A stretch of DNA of 64,000 nt from Sphingopyxis sp. (lineage in GTDB: Bacteria > Pseudomonadota > Alphaproteobacteria > Sphingomonadales > Sphingomonadaceae): the NCBI GenBank assembly GCA_032154175.1, contig JALDYH010000009.1, forward strand, positions 228-64,227, in the 5' to 3' direction. The notes beneath the pieces are model-generated. The model saw only the letters and a program-made list of their open reading frames with translations, was not told the DNA's origin and did no database searches. Both the position numbers and the translations under genes were made by a program. Of the stretch, positions 10,269 to 19,362 are shown piece after piece. Numbering within the stretch: the first letter of the stretch is position 1; every line of letters begins with the position of its first letter.

Positions 10269-10918
10269 TCTTTGAGCGCGATCGCGGTACGGAAGACATC
10301 GGCGAACATCTCCGCCGTCAACCTCCCGGTGTTCGTGTTGTAGCGCGAACAATGATAGCTATCGACCAGATGCCGCCCATCAGGCAGCGCGTGGACCGCG
10401 CCATGCCCGAAAGGATGTGCGGCAAGCCGTTCGCCGAAAGCACGTAATGCCGCATCATGCGCGATCCGCCCGAGCGCGATGATCACGCTTACCTTGGGCA
10501 AGGCGGCGAGCTGCGCCTCGAAAAAGGGCCGGCAGTTCGCGATCTCTGCAGGGATTGGCTTGTTCTGCGGCGGAAGGCATTTGACGCTGTTGACGATGAT
10601 CGCGCCGTCGAGCGCCAGCCCGTCGTCGATGCGCGCATCATAGCGCCCCTTGCTCAGCCCGAACTCGGCGAGCGTCGCGAACAGCAGGTCGCCCGCATAA
10701 TCGCCTGTAAACGGCCGGCCGGTCCGGTTCGCACCATGCTTGCCCGGCGCGAGGCCCGCGAACGCCAGCCACGCGTCGGGATCGCCGAACGCATAAACCG
10801 GCGCATTCCACCAATCGGGATGTTCGGCCTGGCATTCGCGGCGCAACGCAACCAGCCGCGGACATCGCGGACAATCGCGCGGCGGTTCGGTTCCGGGCAA
10901 CGGGCTGTCAATCTCCAC
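10229..10918 (-). CDS. uracil-DNA glycosylase, family 5 (Fe-S, UdgB-like)
   Basis: CPRCPRL, GLAPGKHGANRTGRPFTGD, VKCLPPQNKP, YHCSRYN; GTG start assumed. Confidence 0.9.
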   Translation of the reverse strand: MEIDSPLPGTEPPRDCPRCPRLVALRRECQAEHPDWWNAPVYAFGDPDAWLAFAGLAPGKHGANRTGRPFTGDYAGDLLFATLAEFGLSKGRYDARIDDGLALDGAIIVNSVKCLPPQNKPIPAEIANCRPFFEAQLAALPKVSVIIALGRIAHDAALRAFGERLAAHPFGHGAVHALPDGRHLVDSYHCSRYNTNTGRLTAEMFADVFRTAIALKDQTSGPNSSTSPR

Positions 10919-10941
10919 CCATCTGCGATAGGCGCTGGGCC

Positions 10942-11463
10942 ATGAGCAACGCAATGCCGCTTCCCCTTTACGCCATCGGCCTCGGGTCGAACCGGCGCCA
11001 TGTGCGCTTCGGCGATCCGCGTGCCGTCTTGCTCGCCGCGCTCGCCGCGCTGGAAAGCGACGATATCGAAGCCGTCGACGCCAGCCCGATCATCGCCAGC
11101 GACCCGATCGGCCCGTCGCGCCGGCGCTACGCCAACGCCGTCGCGCTCGTCGCCTCGTCGCTCAGCCCGCCCGAAATGTTCGAACGATTGCAGGAAATCG
11201 AGGCGCGCTTCGGGCGCCGCACCGGGCAACGCTGGAGCGCGCGGACGCTGGATCTCGACATCCTGCTCTGGTCGGGCGGCGTCTGGTCCGACGGCGCGCT
11301 GACGATCCCGCATCCCGCGATCGAACAACGCGCCTTCGTTCTCGGCCCGCTCCGCGCGATTGTTCCCGAATGGCCGCATCCGCTGCACGGGCGCAGCGTC
11401 CGCCAACTCGCGGCGCGACTTTCGCGTCCGAAGCCGGTTGACCGGGACGCATCGGCGCACTAG
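10942..11463 (+). CDS. folK: 2-amino-4-hydroxy-6-hydroxymethyldihydropteridine diphosphokinase
   Basis: IGLGSN, YANAV, RWSARTLDLDIL, LTIPHP, RAFVLGPL. Confidence 0.93.
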   Translation: MSNAMPLPLYAIGLGSNRRHVRFGDPRAVLLAALAALESDDIEAVDASPIIASDPIGPSRRRYANAVALVASSLSPPEMFERLQEIEARFGRRTGQRWSARTLDLDILLWSGGVWSDGALTIPHPAIEQRAFVLGPLRAIVPEWPHPLHGRSVRQLAARLSRPKPVDRDASAH

Positions 11464-11506
11464 GGCGACGGCTCACTTCGCGAGGCCGCCCAGCCGGCCC
11501 CGCGAC

Positions 11507-11582
11507 GGGCCCTTAGCTCAGTCGGTAGAGCAACTGACTTTTAATCAGTAGGTCGCTGGTTCGAACCCAGCAGGGCTCACCA
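11507..11582 (+). tRNA. tRNA-Lys (anticodon TTT)
   Basis: GGGCCCTTAGCTCAGTCGGTAGAGCA-ACTGACTTTTAATCAGT-AGGTCGCTGGTTCGAACCCAGC-AGGGCTCACCA; 76 nt, canonical cloverleaf, encoded CCA. Confidence 0.97.
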
Positions 11583-11858
11583 TTTTTCAACAACCAAGCC
11601 TGTACAGAGAGCTTCGCAGAAGCCCAGGTACTACCCAATGGTTCATGATAGCGACCAGGCGCGCCGCTCTCGCTGACTAAGGTGATCACAAAGATCGCCA
11701 CTTCCGGTGGATCATCCAGCAGCAATAATTTTGCAGGCCTTTCGTGTGAATTTACCTTTGCCTTGCTATGAGCAGAAAAGGCAGCCGGATCCACGGGCGC
11801 CTCCGCTGACTAGATCGCGCAGGTCGAAGCAAAGCCCTGCAGGAAATGAGGAAAAGAT

Positions 11859-12860
11859 TTGACTACGCTCATCACTGGTGCGGCTGGTTTCATTGGCATG
11901 CATGTCGCTGCGGCTTTGCTTGACCGTGGTGAGCCCGTGGTCGGAATAGACAATTTTACGCCCTATTATTCGCTCGACCTCAAGCGCGCACGTGTAGCCC
12001 GCCTCAAGACACTTCATGGCGAATCCTTTTCATTTCTGGATGTCGATTTTGGCGACACCGAAGCGCTCTCTCATGCGCTTTCTACAGAAACAATCGACCG
12101 GATTGTTCACCTTGGCGCTCAACCTGGCGTGCGCTATTCGCTCGACAATCCCGCCGCCTATATCCACTCGAACATCTCGGGACACGTCAATATTCTCGAG
12201 TTGGCGCGCCATAGAGCCATTTCGCATCTCGTGTACGCCTCGTCTTCGTCAGTCTATGGAAAGCGATCGGATACGCCTTTCCGGGTCTCCGATCGCGCAG
12301 ACACACCGATTTCGCTCTATGCAGCAACAAAACGCGCCGATGAACTGATGAGCGAAACCTATGCCCACCTCTTCCGGATACCGCTGACGGGCCTGCGCTT
12401 CTTTACCGTATACGGGCCATGGGGCAGACCCGATATGGCTGTATGGAAGTTCACCGAGGCAGTACTGCGTGGCGATCCCATCGACGTTTACAATCATGGC
12501 GACATGCTTCGCGATTTTACTTTTATCGGCGATATTGTGAACGGCGTCATCTTAGCGCTCGACAACCCTCCCAAAGACGATAACCGAGAAAAGCCAGGGG
12601 GCTTTACAACGCCTCATAGGCTATACAACATCGGCAACAATCACCCCGAGCAACTAACTTGCCTGATTCAAGAAATCGAAAAGGCATGCGATCGAAAGGC
12701 TTTGATAAATCTATTGCCGATGCAAGATGGCGATGTCCACCAAACGTTTGCAGATATCGAAGACATTAATCGAGATCTCGGCTTTGCCCCCACAACTCCG
12801 ATGGCTGTCGGAATCCCGGCTTTCGTAAATTGGTACGTGGAAGAATGGACGAAGCGTTAA
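11859..12860 (+). CDS. NAD-dependent epimerase, UDP-glucuronate 4-epimerase-like
   Basis: GAAGFIG, AQPGVRYS, YASSSSVYG, YAATK, LRFFTVYGPWGRPDMA, YNIGNN. Confidence 0.92.
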   Translation: MTTLITGAAGFIGMHVAAALLDRGEPVVGIDNFTPYYSLDLKRARVARLKTLHGESFSFLDVDFGDTEALSHALSTETIDRIVHLGAQPGVRYSLDNPAAYIHSNISGHVNILELARHRAISHLVYASSSSVYGKRSDTPFRVSDRADTPISLYAATKRADELMSETYAHLFRIPLTGLRFFTVYGPWGRPDMAVWKFTEAVLRGDPIDVYNHGDMLRDFTFIGDIVNGVILALDNPPKDDNREKPGGFTTPHRLYNIGNNHPEQLTCLIQEIEKACDRKALINLLPMQDGDVHQTFADIEDINRDLGFAPTTPMAVGIPAFVNWYVEEWTKR

Positions 12861-13423
12861 ACCCGCTGCCTGTGCTCACCACCATCAGCGATCCGCGTCT
12901 TCTTGGCGTACAGTGCATCCAACTGCTTGTGTGACCGCTCACTGCCCGTTGTGGCGATCATTCCTAAATCTAAAGGAGCGGCCATTTCTGTTACTACGCT
13001 ACATGAAAGCCGACCACCTGAGCAATCAGTCGGCGTTTCCGCGTTAAGCACGTCCTCAAACCACGTCATGACCTCCGCAATCGTCTTTGGGCCGACATTA
13101 GGTATATATTTAAACAGGGCCTTGCCGTGTACCTCTACCGCAAAAAAGAGCGCCCCCATGGTGGAAATGTTCATCGCGGAAACAGCGTCTCTGGCTCGCG
13201 CCGAAAGATCGGAGTATCGGATCGGAACATCGCGCCAATCGGCAAAGTCATTTCGGCGCGATTTCCTCCGGCGGCGGTTCCGAGCTCGTTTGCAGGCGTC
13301 GTTAACGTTCCATGTGTTTATGCCGAGCCGTTCCGAAATCGAAGCCATCGTCTCGCCGGTTAGATACGCAGCGAAGACCGCTTCGTCTCGCCCTGGATTA
13401 TTGATGGGGCGTCCCTTCGGCAT
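12857..13423 (-). CDS. hypothetical protein: N-terminal HTH plus RNA polymerase alpha-CTD-like domain
   Basis: GETMASISERLGINTWNVNDACKR (HTH-like); DLSARARDAVSAMNISTMGAL...IPNVGPKTIAEV resembles the alpha-CTD fold. Confidence 0.6.
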   Translation of the reverse strand: MPKGRPINNPGRDEAVFAAYLTGETMASISERLGINTWNVNDACKRARNRRRRKSRRNDFADWRDVPIRYSDLSARARDAVSAMNISTMGALFFAVEVHGKALFKYIPNVGPKTIAEVMTWFEDVLNAETPTDCSGGRLSCSVVTEMAAPLDLGMIATTGSERSHKQLDALYAKKTRIADGGEHRQRV

Positions 13424-13504
13424 AACGCACGCTTGTAGCCAAGAAAAACGCATCAGCAAGCCTTGACGAGGCGATCCTGCCGAGCAGCGACCTAGTCAAC
13501 CGCC

Positions 13505-13790
13505 GTGCGTCGCGCAATGCGCGAAAGCGGGTTCGATCAGGTTATTGACAATCTGCTGGCCAGCGGCATCGTTTACGGAGGATGGAGTGCGGGAGCATGC
13601 GTGGCCGGCGACAGCTTGCAGGCGGTAAGCATCATGGACGAGCCGCATGCTGAAGCTATTGAATAGCTCAGCAATGCAGCGATTTGGGACAGGCTAGGCT
13701 TGATCCCGTTTACCATCGTGCCGCATTTTGAATCCGATCATGCCGAGGCGCGGTTGGCAGCGAAGGCTGCAGCTTGGGCCAAAGCCGTTC
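13505..13790 (+). pseudogene. peptidase S51 (peptidase E)-like fragment with in-frame TAG
   Basis: reads VRRAMRESGFDQ...YGGWSAGACV...E*LSNAAIWDRLGLIPFTIVPHFESDH; TAG at 13664-13666; N-terminus missing. Confidence 0.7.
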
Positions 13791-13935
13791 AGCGGCTCGA
13801 TCAAGGACAGCACCGCACGAGCGACAATCTGCTCAGCCGATCACTGGAGCGGTCGGTCCGCGAGACCGCTTTTCAAACGGGCGAGGTGAAAATCCGGATA
13901 TGGGGATTCCCCATATCATCGGCCCACCCTGGCTA

Positions 13936-14589
13936 TCACCAGCGCAGGAAGCGGGGTAAGAGCAGCCGGCCGGCAATGGCTGAGAGCAAGACCGCCGTTC
14001 CGTGCCACAGCGCGATGTGCACCACCTCGTCGCTGGAGCAATGCAGCGCGACGATCGTGGCCCCCGCGGCACCCGCGGCGATCCCGACAACCCAACCCGC
14101 GCGCGTCGGCGACGTCGGCGCCCCGGCCTTCAGCCAGAAGAATAACGCCGCGCCAACGCCCAATCCCGACGCCAGCCCTTGCAAAAGGCAGCGCAGGTCA
14201 AAACCTTCGCGCACGGCTTCCATCGCGGCATGACCGTCGGCAATACACGCGAACAGCGCGGCGAGCGGGAGCGACAGCGACGCTCCCACCGCCCAGCGCC
14301 AGCCGCCATAGTCCCGCCCCACGCCGGGAAGGCCCATGCGCAATGCGCTCCATGTCGCGGCGATCCCGGTCGCTGCGGTCAACCAGAAGGCGAGCATCGA
14401 GAGCGGCGGCATCCCGTGTGTCGCGAGGTCGCTCCGCATGCCGAACAACCAGATCAGCCCCGCAGCGGCGGCGAGCCATCCCGCCGCGACCCACAACGAC
14501 CCGCGCACGAGACGCCGCGGACGCACCGGCGTCAGCTCCGCTGCCAGGTCGTCGATCAGATTGTCGATCGATGCGTCGCTCATCTTCAT
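13936..14589 (-). CDS. nrsF: NrsF-family (DUF1109) membrane anti-sigma factor
   Basis: DNLIDDLAAELTPVR, GAPTSP, ALHC...WH, several TM helices; coupled downstream of ECF sigma gene. Confidence 0.88.
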   Translation of the reverse strand: MKMSDASIDNLIDDLAAELTPVRPRRLVRGSLWVAAGWLAAAAGLIWLFGMRSDLATHGMPPLSMLAFWLTAATGIAATWSALRMGLPGVGRDYGGWRWAVGASLSLPLAALFACIADGHAAMEAVREGFDLRCLLQGLASGLGVGAALFFWLKAGAPTSPTRAGWVVGIAAGAAGATIVALHCSSDEVVHIALWHGTAVLLSAIAGRLLLPRFLRW

Positions 14590-15107
14590 TCGCTTTCAAC
14601 CAATTCGGCGAGCTTCTTCAGCCCGCGGTGAATATTCACTTTGACGAGCGATTCGCTCTGGCCGCAAATCCGCGATGCCTCGGCGATCGATGCGCCCTCG
14701 ATCTTGACCAGCGTGATCGCCTGCGCCTGTTTGGGCGGCAGCAGGGTCAGCAGATGATCGATGCTGAGCCGCGCGTGCACCGCCTCGTCCTCGGCGCCGA
14801 CCGCGGCATCATTGTCGCCGAGCTCGGCCTCGTCGCGCTGGCGGCGGAGCATATCGATCCAGCGATAGCGCGCGATCGCAGCCAGCCAGGGCAGGAACGC
14901 CCGGCCGCTGTCCCATGTTGCAAGCTTGCGGTGCATCGATACCAAGGTTTCCTGTATCAGATCGTCGATATGATGCGGCGCGATCCGGCGCGCGAAATAG
15001 CGTTCCAGCCACTTGCGGCAATCGACGAGCAGCGTGCGATAGGCCGCGCGATCCCCCCGCTGCGATGCGGCCATCAGGCGCGCCAGCGAAGGTTCGTCGA
15101 TGCTCAT
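14586..15107 (-). CDS. sigF: ECF16 sigma factor (SigF-like)
   Basis: LARLMAASQRGDRAAYRTLL, DDLIQETL, PWLAAIARYRWID, VKVNIHRGLKKL. Confidence 0.9.
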   Translation of the reverse strand: MSIDEPSLARLMAASQRGDRAAYRTLLVDCRKWLERYFARRIAPHHIDDLIQETLVSMHRKLATWDSGRAFLPWLAAIARYRWIDMLRRQRDEAELGDNDAAVGAEDEAVHARLSIDHLLTLLPPKQAQAITLVKIEGASIAEASRICGQSESLVKVNIHRGLKKLAELVESE

Positions 15108-15565
15108 TTCGCGCGCATTCTAGCAACAAGTGCGTCGAGCGAGAACAGCCCGCCACCGCGAACGATCAGGATCGCCGCCATCGCCGCCCACAGTGAATGC
15201 ACCGGCCACCAGGCGTCTGGAAACACGAAGACCTGGATCACGAGGGTCATCACGAGCAGCGCGCCCGCCGAGAAACGCGTCGCGATGCCGAACAGCAGCA
15301 GCACAGGAAAGAAATGTTCGGCAAAGGTGGTCAGCGGCACCGCGATCGCGGGATCGAGCGGCAGGCCCGAAAACTCGCTGCGGAACAGATCATATTGCGA
15401 GGGATCGATCTGGAGGAAGCTGCCTTCGACGACCTTCGTTTGTCCCGATCGCCAGAAGACCCCGGCAAGCGCGAGGCGCAGCAGGAACAGCGCCGCCCCT
15501 TCGACAAGGCGCGATCCGGCGATCGTCACGCCACGATCGTAAAATCCGACAATCCGCTTCATCAT
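15104..15565 (-). CDS. DoxX-family membrane protein (BufD-like)
   Basis: RLALAGVFWRSGQTK, AEHFFPVLLLFGIATRFSA, VIQVFVFPDAW, GGGLFSLD. Confidence 0.9.
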   Translation of the reverse strand: MMKRIVGFYDRGVTIAGSRLVEGAALFLLRLALAGVFWRSGQTKVVEGSFLQIDPSQYDLFRSEFSGLPLDPAIAVPLTTFAEHFFPVLLLFGIATRFSAGALLVMTLVIQVFVFPDAWWPVHSLWAAMAAILIVRGGGLFSLDALVARMRAK

Positions 15566-16263
15566 TCCACCCTTTCAAAAGCCCCCGCGCCGATCAGCGT
15601 CGTTACGGCGGCACCGCCGTCGGGATGCTGTTCGGCGAGATGCGCGATGAGGTTACCGAGCGGGCAAACTTGCTGCGCAATGACGATCGCGGCTGCATCG
15701 GCGGCGTCGACCGCGAGTAACCGGACGTCGGCCTCGGGGCGGGTGACAAGCAGAGCGGAGGTCCCCGATGCGAAGCCGGGATCGAGCAGCCGCGCGGCAT
15801 CGCTCGCAAGCGTCACCACGCGTGTCGCCGGATGACGGCGGACGGCGAGACCGGGCAGATCGCGCTCTTCGAGCCCGGCGAGATCGGCCAGGTCCACCGC
15901 GCGAGCCTCGGCCGCATGATAGCTTTCCAGCCACGCCCATTCGACGCGCGCCAGATCGGCAGCGAGCGGATCGGCAAGCCATCGCGGAAAATCGGCACCG
16001 ATTTCGGCCAAAGCGCGCCGCTGCGCCCCGCCGGCCTCTACGAACGCACGCGACACCCGGTTGAACCCGGCCTCGCCCAGACAGGCGCGTGTGAGCGGAA
16101 ATATCTCCTCGAGCGCCACGAGCCGCGCGTGCGAGATCGTGTTGGCATGGACGCGCAGCCCGCGCAGGATCGCGGCATCGGTGCCGGCAAAGAGCCCCGC
16201 AGGCAAATGGCCTGGACCGTGCAGCAGCGTCGCGACGATGGCCGCCTGTTCGCGCTCAAGCAC
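15562..16263 (-). CDS. DUF2063-family MNIO partner protein (BufC/HvfC-like)
   Basis: GLRVHANT, LEEIFP...LGEAGF, DLARVEWAWLESYHAAE; directly downstream of DUF692. Confidence 0.85.
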   Translation of the reverse strand: MLEREQAAIVATLLHGPGHLPAGLFAGTDAAILRGLRVHANTISHARLVALEEIFPLTRACLGEAGFNRVSRAFVEAGGAQRRALAEIGADFPRWLADPLAADLARVEWAWLESYHAAEARAVDLADLAGLEERDLPGLAVRRHPATRVVTLASDAARLLDPGFASGTSALLVTRPEADVRLLAVDAADAAAIVIAQQVCPLGNLIAHLAEQHPDGGAAVTTLIGAGAFERVE

Positions 16264-17122
16264 CGGCCGGCCCCCGCAACAGCAGCGCGTCGGCCTTGGC
16301 GGCCTCCGCCATCAAAACCGCATAGGGCGGAACCTCCGTGTCCCATTCGACCAGCACGGGTATCGGCCCTGCCCGGTCCAGAAAGGACGCGAGCAAGTCC
16401 CAGCAACTCGCCCGCACCGGCGACCCGTGATCGTCGATCGCGATCGATCCGCCGGCATCGTCGTCTTTCATCGCGTGGCCGGCGACATGTACTTCTCCGA
16501 CAAGATGCGGATCGAAGGCGTCCAGCCATCGCACGGGATCGAGGCCCAGATTGAACGCCGAAACCTCGACATTGTTGATGTCGAGCAAGAGGCCGCAGCC
16601 GGACCGCCGGCAAAGTTCATGGAGGAAATCGACCTCGCCCCAATCGTCGCCGGCATAAGCGAGATAGCGCGAGGGGTTTTCGATCAGCATCCGTCGCTGC
16701 AGCCGGTCCTGCACGCGGCCGACCCCGGCCGCGAAATGATCGAGCGCCGCATGGCTGTAGGGAATGGGAAGGAGATCGGGAAATTTGTCGTCGGCCCCGT
16801 TGCTCCAGCTCAGATGGTCCGAAACCAGCGCCGGAGCGTAGCGGTCGCAAAGCCCGGCGAGCGCTTCGAGTTCGTCGCGGTCGACGCCCGCCGCCGACCC
16901 CGGCGACAATCCGACCGAATGAAAACTCAGTGGCAGCCGCTCTGCAATCGCGGTCAGCCAGCGATGCGGCGGCCCGCCCGCACCGAAGTAATTCTGGGGA
17001 TGGACTTCGGCCCATGCGGGCGCCGCCCCCTGCTCCGCCGCAGCCAGCACTTCGGCATAATGCCCGGGTTTCAGCCCGATGCCGGCGCGCGCGGGCAACC
17101 GCGGGAACAGGGGAGCGGTCAC
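16256..17122 (-). CDS. DUF692 multinuclear non-heme iron-dependent oxidase (MNIO, BufB-like)
   Basis: GIGLKPGHY, EVHPQNY, HSVGLS, SDHLSW, IENPS, LLLDINN, EVHVAGH, IDDHG, LVEWD. Confidence 0.93.
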   Translation of the reverse strand: MTAPLFPRLPARAGIGLKPGHYAEVLAAAEQGAAPAWAEVHPQNYFGAGGPPHRWLTAIAERLPLSFHSVGLSPGSAAGVDRDELEALAGLCDRYAPALVSDHLSWSNGADDKFPDLLPIPYSHAALDHFAAGVGRVQDRLQRRMLIENPSRYLAYAGDDWGEVDFLHELCRRSGCGLLLDINNVEVSAFNLGLDPVRWLDAFDPHLVGEVHVAGHAMKDDDAGGSIAIDDHGSPVRASCWDLLASFLDRAGPIPVLVEWDTEVPPYAVLMAEAAKADALLLRGPAGA

Positions 17123-17128
17123 CGTCGG

Positions 17129-17425
17129 TCAGCCCTTCCTGGCAACCGGCTTGGCATTGCCCTTGTGCGCGGCCAGCGTGCCGCCCATCTTCACGCAGCT
17201 GCCGGCGGGAACATGCTTCCAGGCGTTGCCCTGATAATCGACGGTCGACGTCCCGGCGCAGCTTGTGCCCGGGCCGGCGGCGCAATCATTCTTGCCTTTG
17301 AGCGAGACGCCATAGCATTTTTCCTTGGCGCCTTCGGCGGCGGCGGCGGTGCCGCCGGCCGCGGCGGCGGCCGCCATGGCGAGGACCGCCGAGGCGGCGA
17401 GCGAAAGTTTCAGTGCATTGGTCAT
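17129..17425 (-). CDS. DUF2282 bufferin precursor peptide (BufA1-like)
   Basis: Ala-rich Sec signal then [43 protein letters not shown] (4 Cys); RBS AAGGGAGA. Confidence 0.92.
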   Translation of the reverse strand: MTNALKLSLAASAVLAMAAAAAAGGTAAAAEGAKEKCYGVSLKGKNDCAAGPGTSCAGTSTVDYQGNAWKHVPAGSCVKMGGTLAAHKGNAKPVARKG

Positions 17426-17473
17426 GAATATCTCCCTTGAAATGGACGATGCGGAGGATGGCATCGTCACGAG

Positions 17474-17499
17474 TTCGCGGGAGCCGGTGCAAAAGTTAC
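17474..17499 (-). promoter_or_regulatory. SigF (ECF16)-type promoter of the bufferin operon
   Basis: minus strand GTAACT-N16-CGAA, close to the Caulobacter SigF consensus GTAACC-N16-CGAA, about 50 nt upstream of the precursor ATG. Confidence 0.8.
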
Positions 17500-17589
17500 G
17501 CCGAGGCGGGGGGCAATGATTTGGCAGGATGTGCCCGATAGAATAGGGCCATCGATCAGGAACACTGCACGAATGGAGACGGGCAAGGC

Positions 17590-18606
17590 ATGAATATTCT
17601 GCTGACGGGCGGCGCGGGTTATATCGGCAGCCATGTCGCTGCACCGCTGGTATCCGCGGGGCACAAGGTCGTGTGTTTCGACAATCTTTCGAACAGCGAT
17701 GCGGCGGTGATGGACCGCCTCGAAGCGATTACGGGAACGCCCATCCCGCTCATCCAGGGCGACATCCGCGATGGCGAGGCTCTGCGCCGGGTCATGAGCG
17801 ACCACGCGATCGAGGCCGTCATTCACTTCGCCGGTTTGAAAGCGGTCGGGGAATCGGTTGCCGAACCGATCAAATATTATGACAATAATGTCCGCGGCAC
17901 GCTGTCGCTGCTTGAGGCGATGATCGACAGCAACGCCAAGACGCTGGTCTTTTCGTCAAGCGCTACCGTCTATGGCCAGCCGCAATATCTGCCGCTCGAC
18001 GAAAATCACCCGACCTCGGCAACCAACCCCTATGGCCGCACCAAGCTGATGATCGAAGAGATGCTGGCCGACGTCGCCGCCGCCGATCCCGAATGGCGGA
18101 TCGCGATCCTGCGCTATTTCAATCCGGTCGGCGCGCACGACAGCGGCCTGATCGGCGAAAATCCGAACGGCATTCCAAACAACCTCATGCCCTTCATCAG
18201 CCGCGTCGCCGCCGGGCGGCTGGGCGAACTGTCGGTGTTCGGGAACGACTACGACACCCCCGACGGCACCGGGGTGCGCGACTATATCCACGTCGTCGAC
18301 CTCGCCGACGGCCATGTCGCCGCGCTCGACGCGATCACGAAGACCGACCAGCCGCTGTCGACGTGGAACCTCGGCACCGGGACGGGTTATTCGGTGCTCG
18401 ACATGGTCGAGGCCTTCGCGCGCGTCAACGGCGTGCCAGTGCCCTATCGCGTCGCCCCGCGCCGCGACGGCGATGTCGCGAGCTGCTTCGCCAGCCCCGA
18501 CCGCGCGGCGCGCGAACTGGGCTGGACGGCGGCTCGCGATCTCGACGCCATGTGTTCGTCAAGCTGGCGTTTCGAACGCATGCTCGCAACGCGCAACGCG
18601 GACTAG
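17590..18606 (+). CDS. galE: UDP-glucose 4-epimerase
   Basis: [55 protein letters not shown]. Confidence 0.96.
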   Translation: MNILLTGGAGYIGSHVAAPLVSAGHKVVCFDNLSNSDAAVMDRLEAITGTPIPLIQGDIRDGEALRRVMSDHAIEAVIHFAGLKAVGESVAEPIKYYDNNVRGTLSLLEAMIDSNAKTLVFSSSATVYGQPQYLPLDENHPTSATNPYGRTKLMIEEMLADVAAADPEWRIAILRYFNPVGAHDSGLIGENPNGIPNNLMPFISRVAAGRLGELSVFGNDYDTPDGTGVRDYIHVVDLADGHVAALDAITKTDQPLSTWNLGTGTGYSVLDMVEAFARVNGVPVPYRVAPRRDGDVASCFASPDRAARELGWTAARDLDAMCSSSWRFERMLATRNAD

Positions 18607-19175
18607 CCGAACCAGCCCGCGGTCTGCACCAGCACCCAGAGGCCGATCGCAAGGAACAACCCCGCCGCAACCATGCGGACCTTGGCAAGGTCGACGCGCT
18701 TGAGCAGCTCCTGACCGAGGAAAATCGCCGGGACGTTGGCGATCATCATGCCAAGCGTCGTGCCCGCGGTTACGGCCACGACATTATGATATTGCGCGCC
18801 GAGCGCGATCGTCGCGACTTGCGTCTTGTCGCCCATTTCGACGAGGAAAAAGGCGACGAGCGTGGTCAGAAAGGCACCGAACCGCGGCTTCGGCGCCTCA
18901 TCGTCTTCGAATTTGTCGGGGATCAGCGTCCACGCCGCCATCGCGATAAACGAGGCGCCGATCGCATAGCGGAAGACCGGGCTGTCGAGGAACGCCGCGG
19001 CCGACGCGCCGAGCAGCGCGGCAAGCGCATGGTTGGCGAGCGTCGCGACCAATATGCCGAGGATGATCGGCACCGGGCGATTGAACCGGGTCGCGAGCAG
19101 GATCGCGAGCAACTGCGTCTTGTCGCCGATTTCGGCAAGCGCGACGACCGCGGTCGAGGTAAACAGGGCTTCCAT
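18603..19175 (-). CDS. TMEM165/GDT1 (UPF0016) manganese exporter, MneA-like
   Basis: two ExGDKTQ motifs (AEIGDKTQ, VEMGDKTQ); upstream Mn riboswitch. Confidence 0.92.
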   Translation of the reverse strand: MEALFTSTAVVALAEIGDKTQLLAILLATRFNRPVPIILGILVATLANHALAALLGASAAAFLDSPVFRYAIGASFIAMAAWTLIPDKFEDDEAPKPRFGAFLTTLVAFFLVEMGDKTQVATIALGAQYHNVVAVTAGTTLGMMIANVPAIFLGQELLKRVDLAKVRMVAAGLFLAIGLWVLVQTAGWFG

Positions 19176-19249
19176 GGGGTACTCCGGGGCCGAGCGGCTT
19201 CGCGATTCCAAATAGCATCGAACCCGCCGCCCGGCCCGGACGAAGGTCG

Positions 19250-19362
19250 ATGCCATTGGTCTCGCCCAAGCGGTCTCCCGCTTCCACCGCACCACGACCT
19301 CTCGGCCGAGTATGTTGATACGGTGGCCCGCCCCGAAGGACGGCTGGCTACTCCCCAGATGA
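19250..19362 (-). ncRNA. yybP-ykoY (Mn2+) riboswitch
   Basis: minus strand CATCTGGGGAGTAGCC...TCAACATACTC...GGCGAGACCAATG conserved elements upstream of a UPF0016 gene; ends approximate. Confidence 0.88.

Noticed and set aside
13664-13666. Amber read-through or pyrrolysine recoding in the S51 fragment
   Set aside because: The gene also lacks its N-terminus, and no recoding machinery is visible; decay is simpler.
17325-17400. GCC/GCG trinucleotide runs
   Set aside because: Poly-Ala codons of the bufferin precursor signal peptide.
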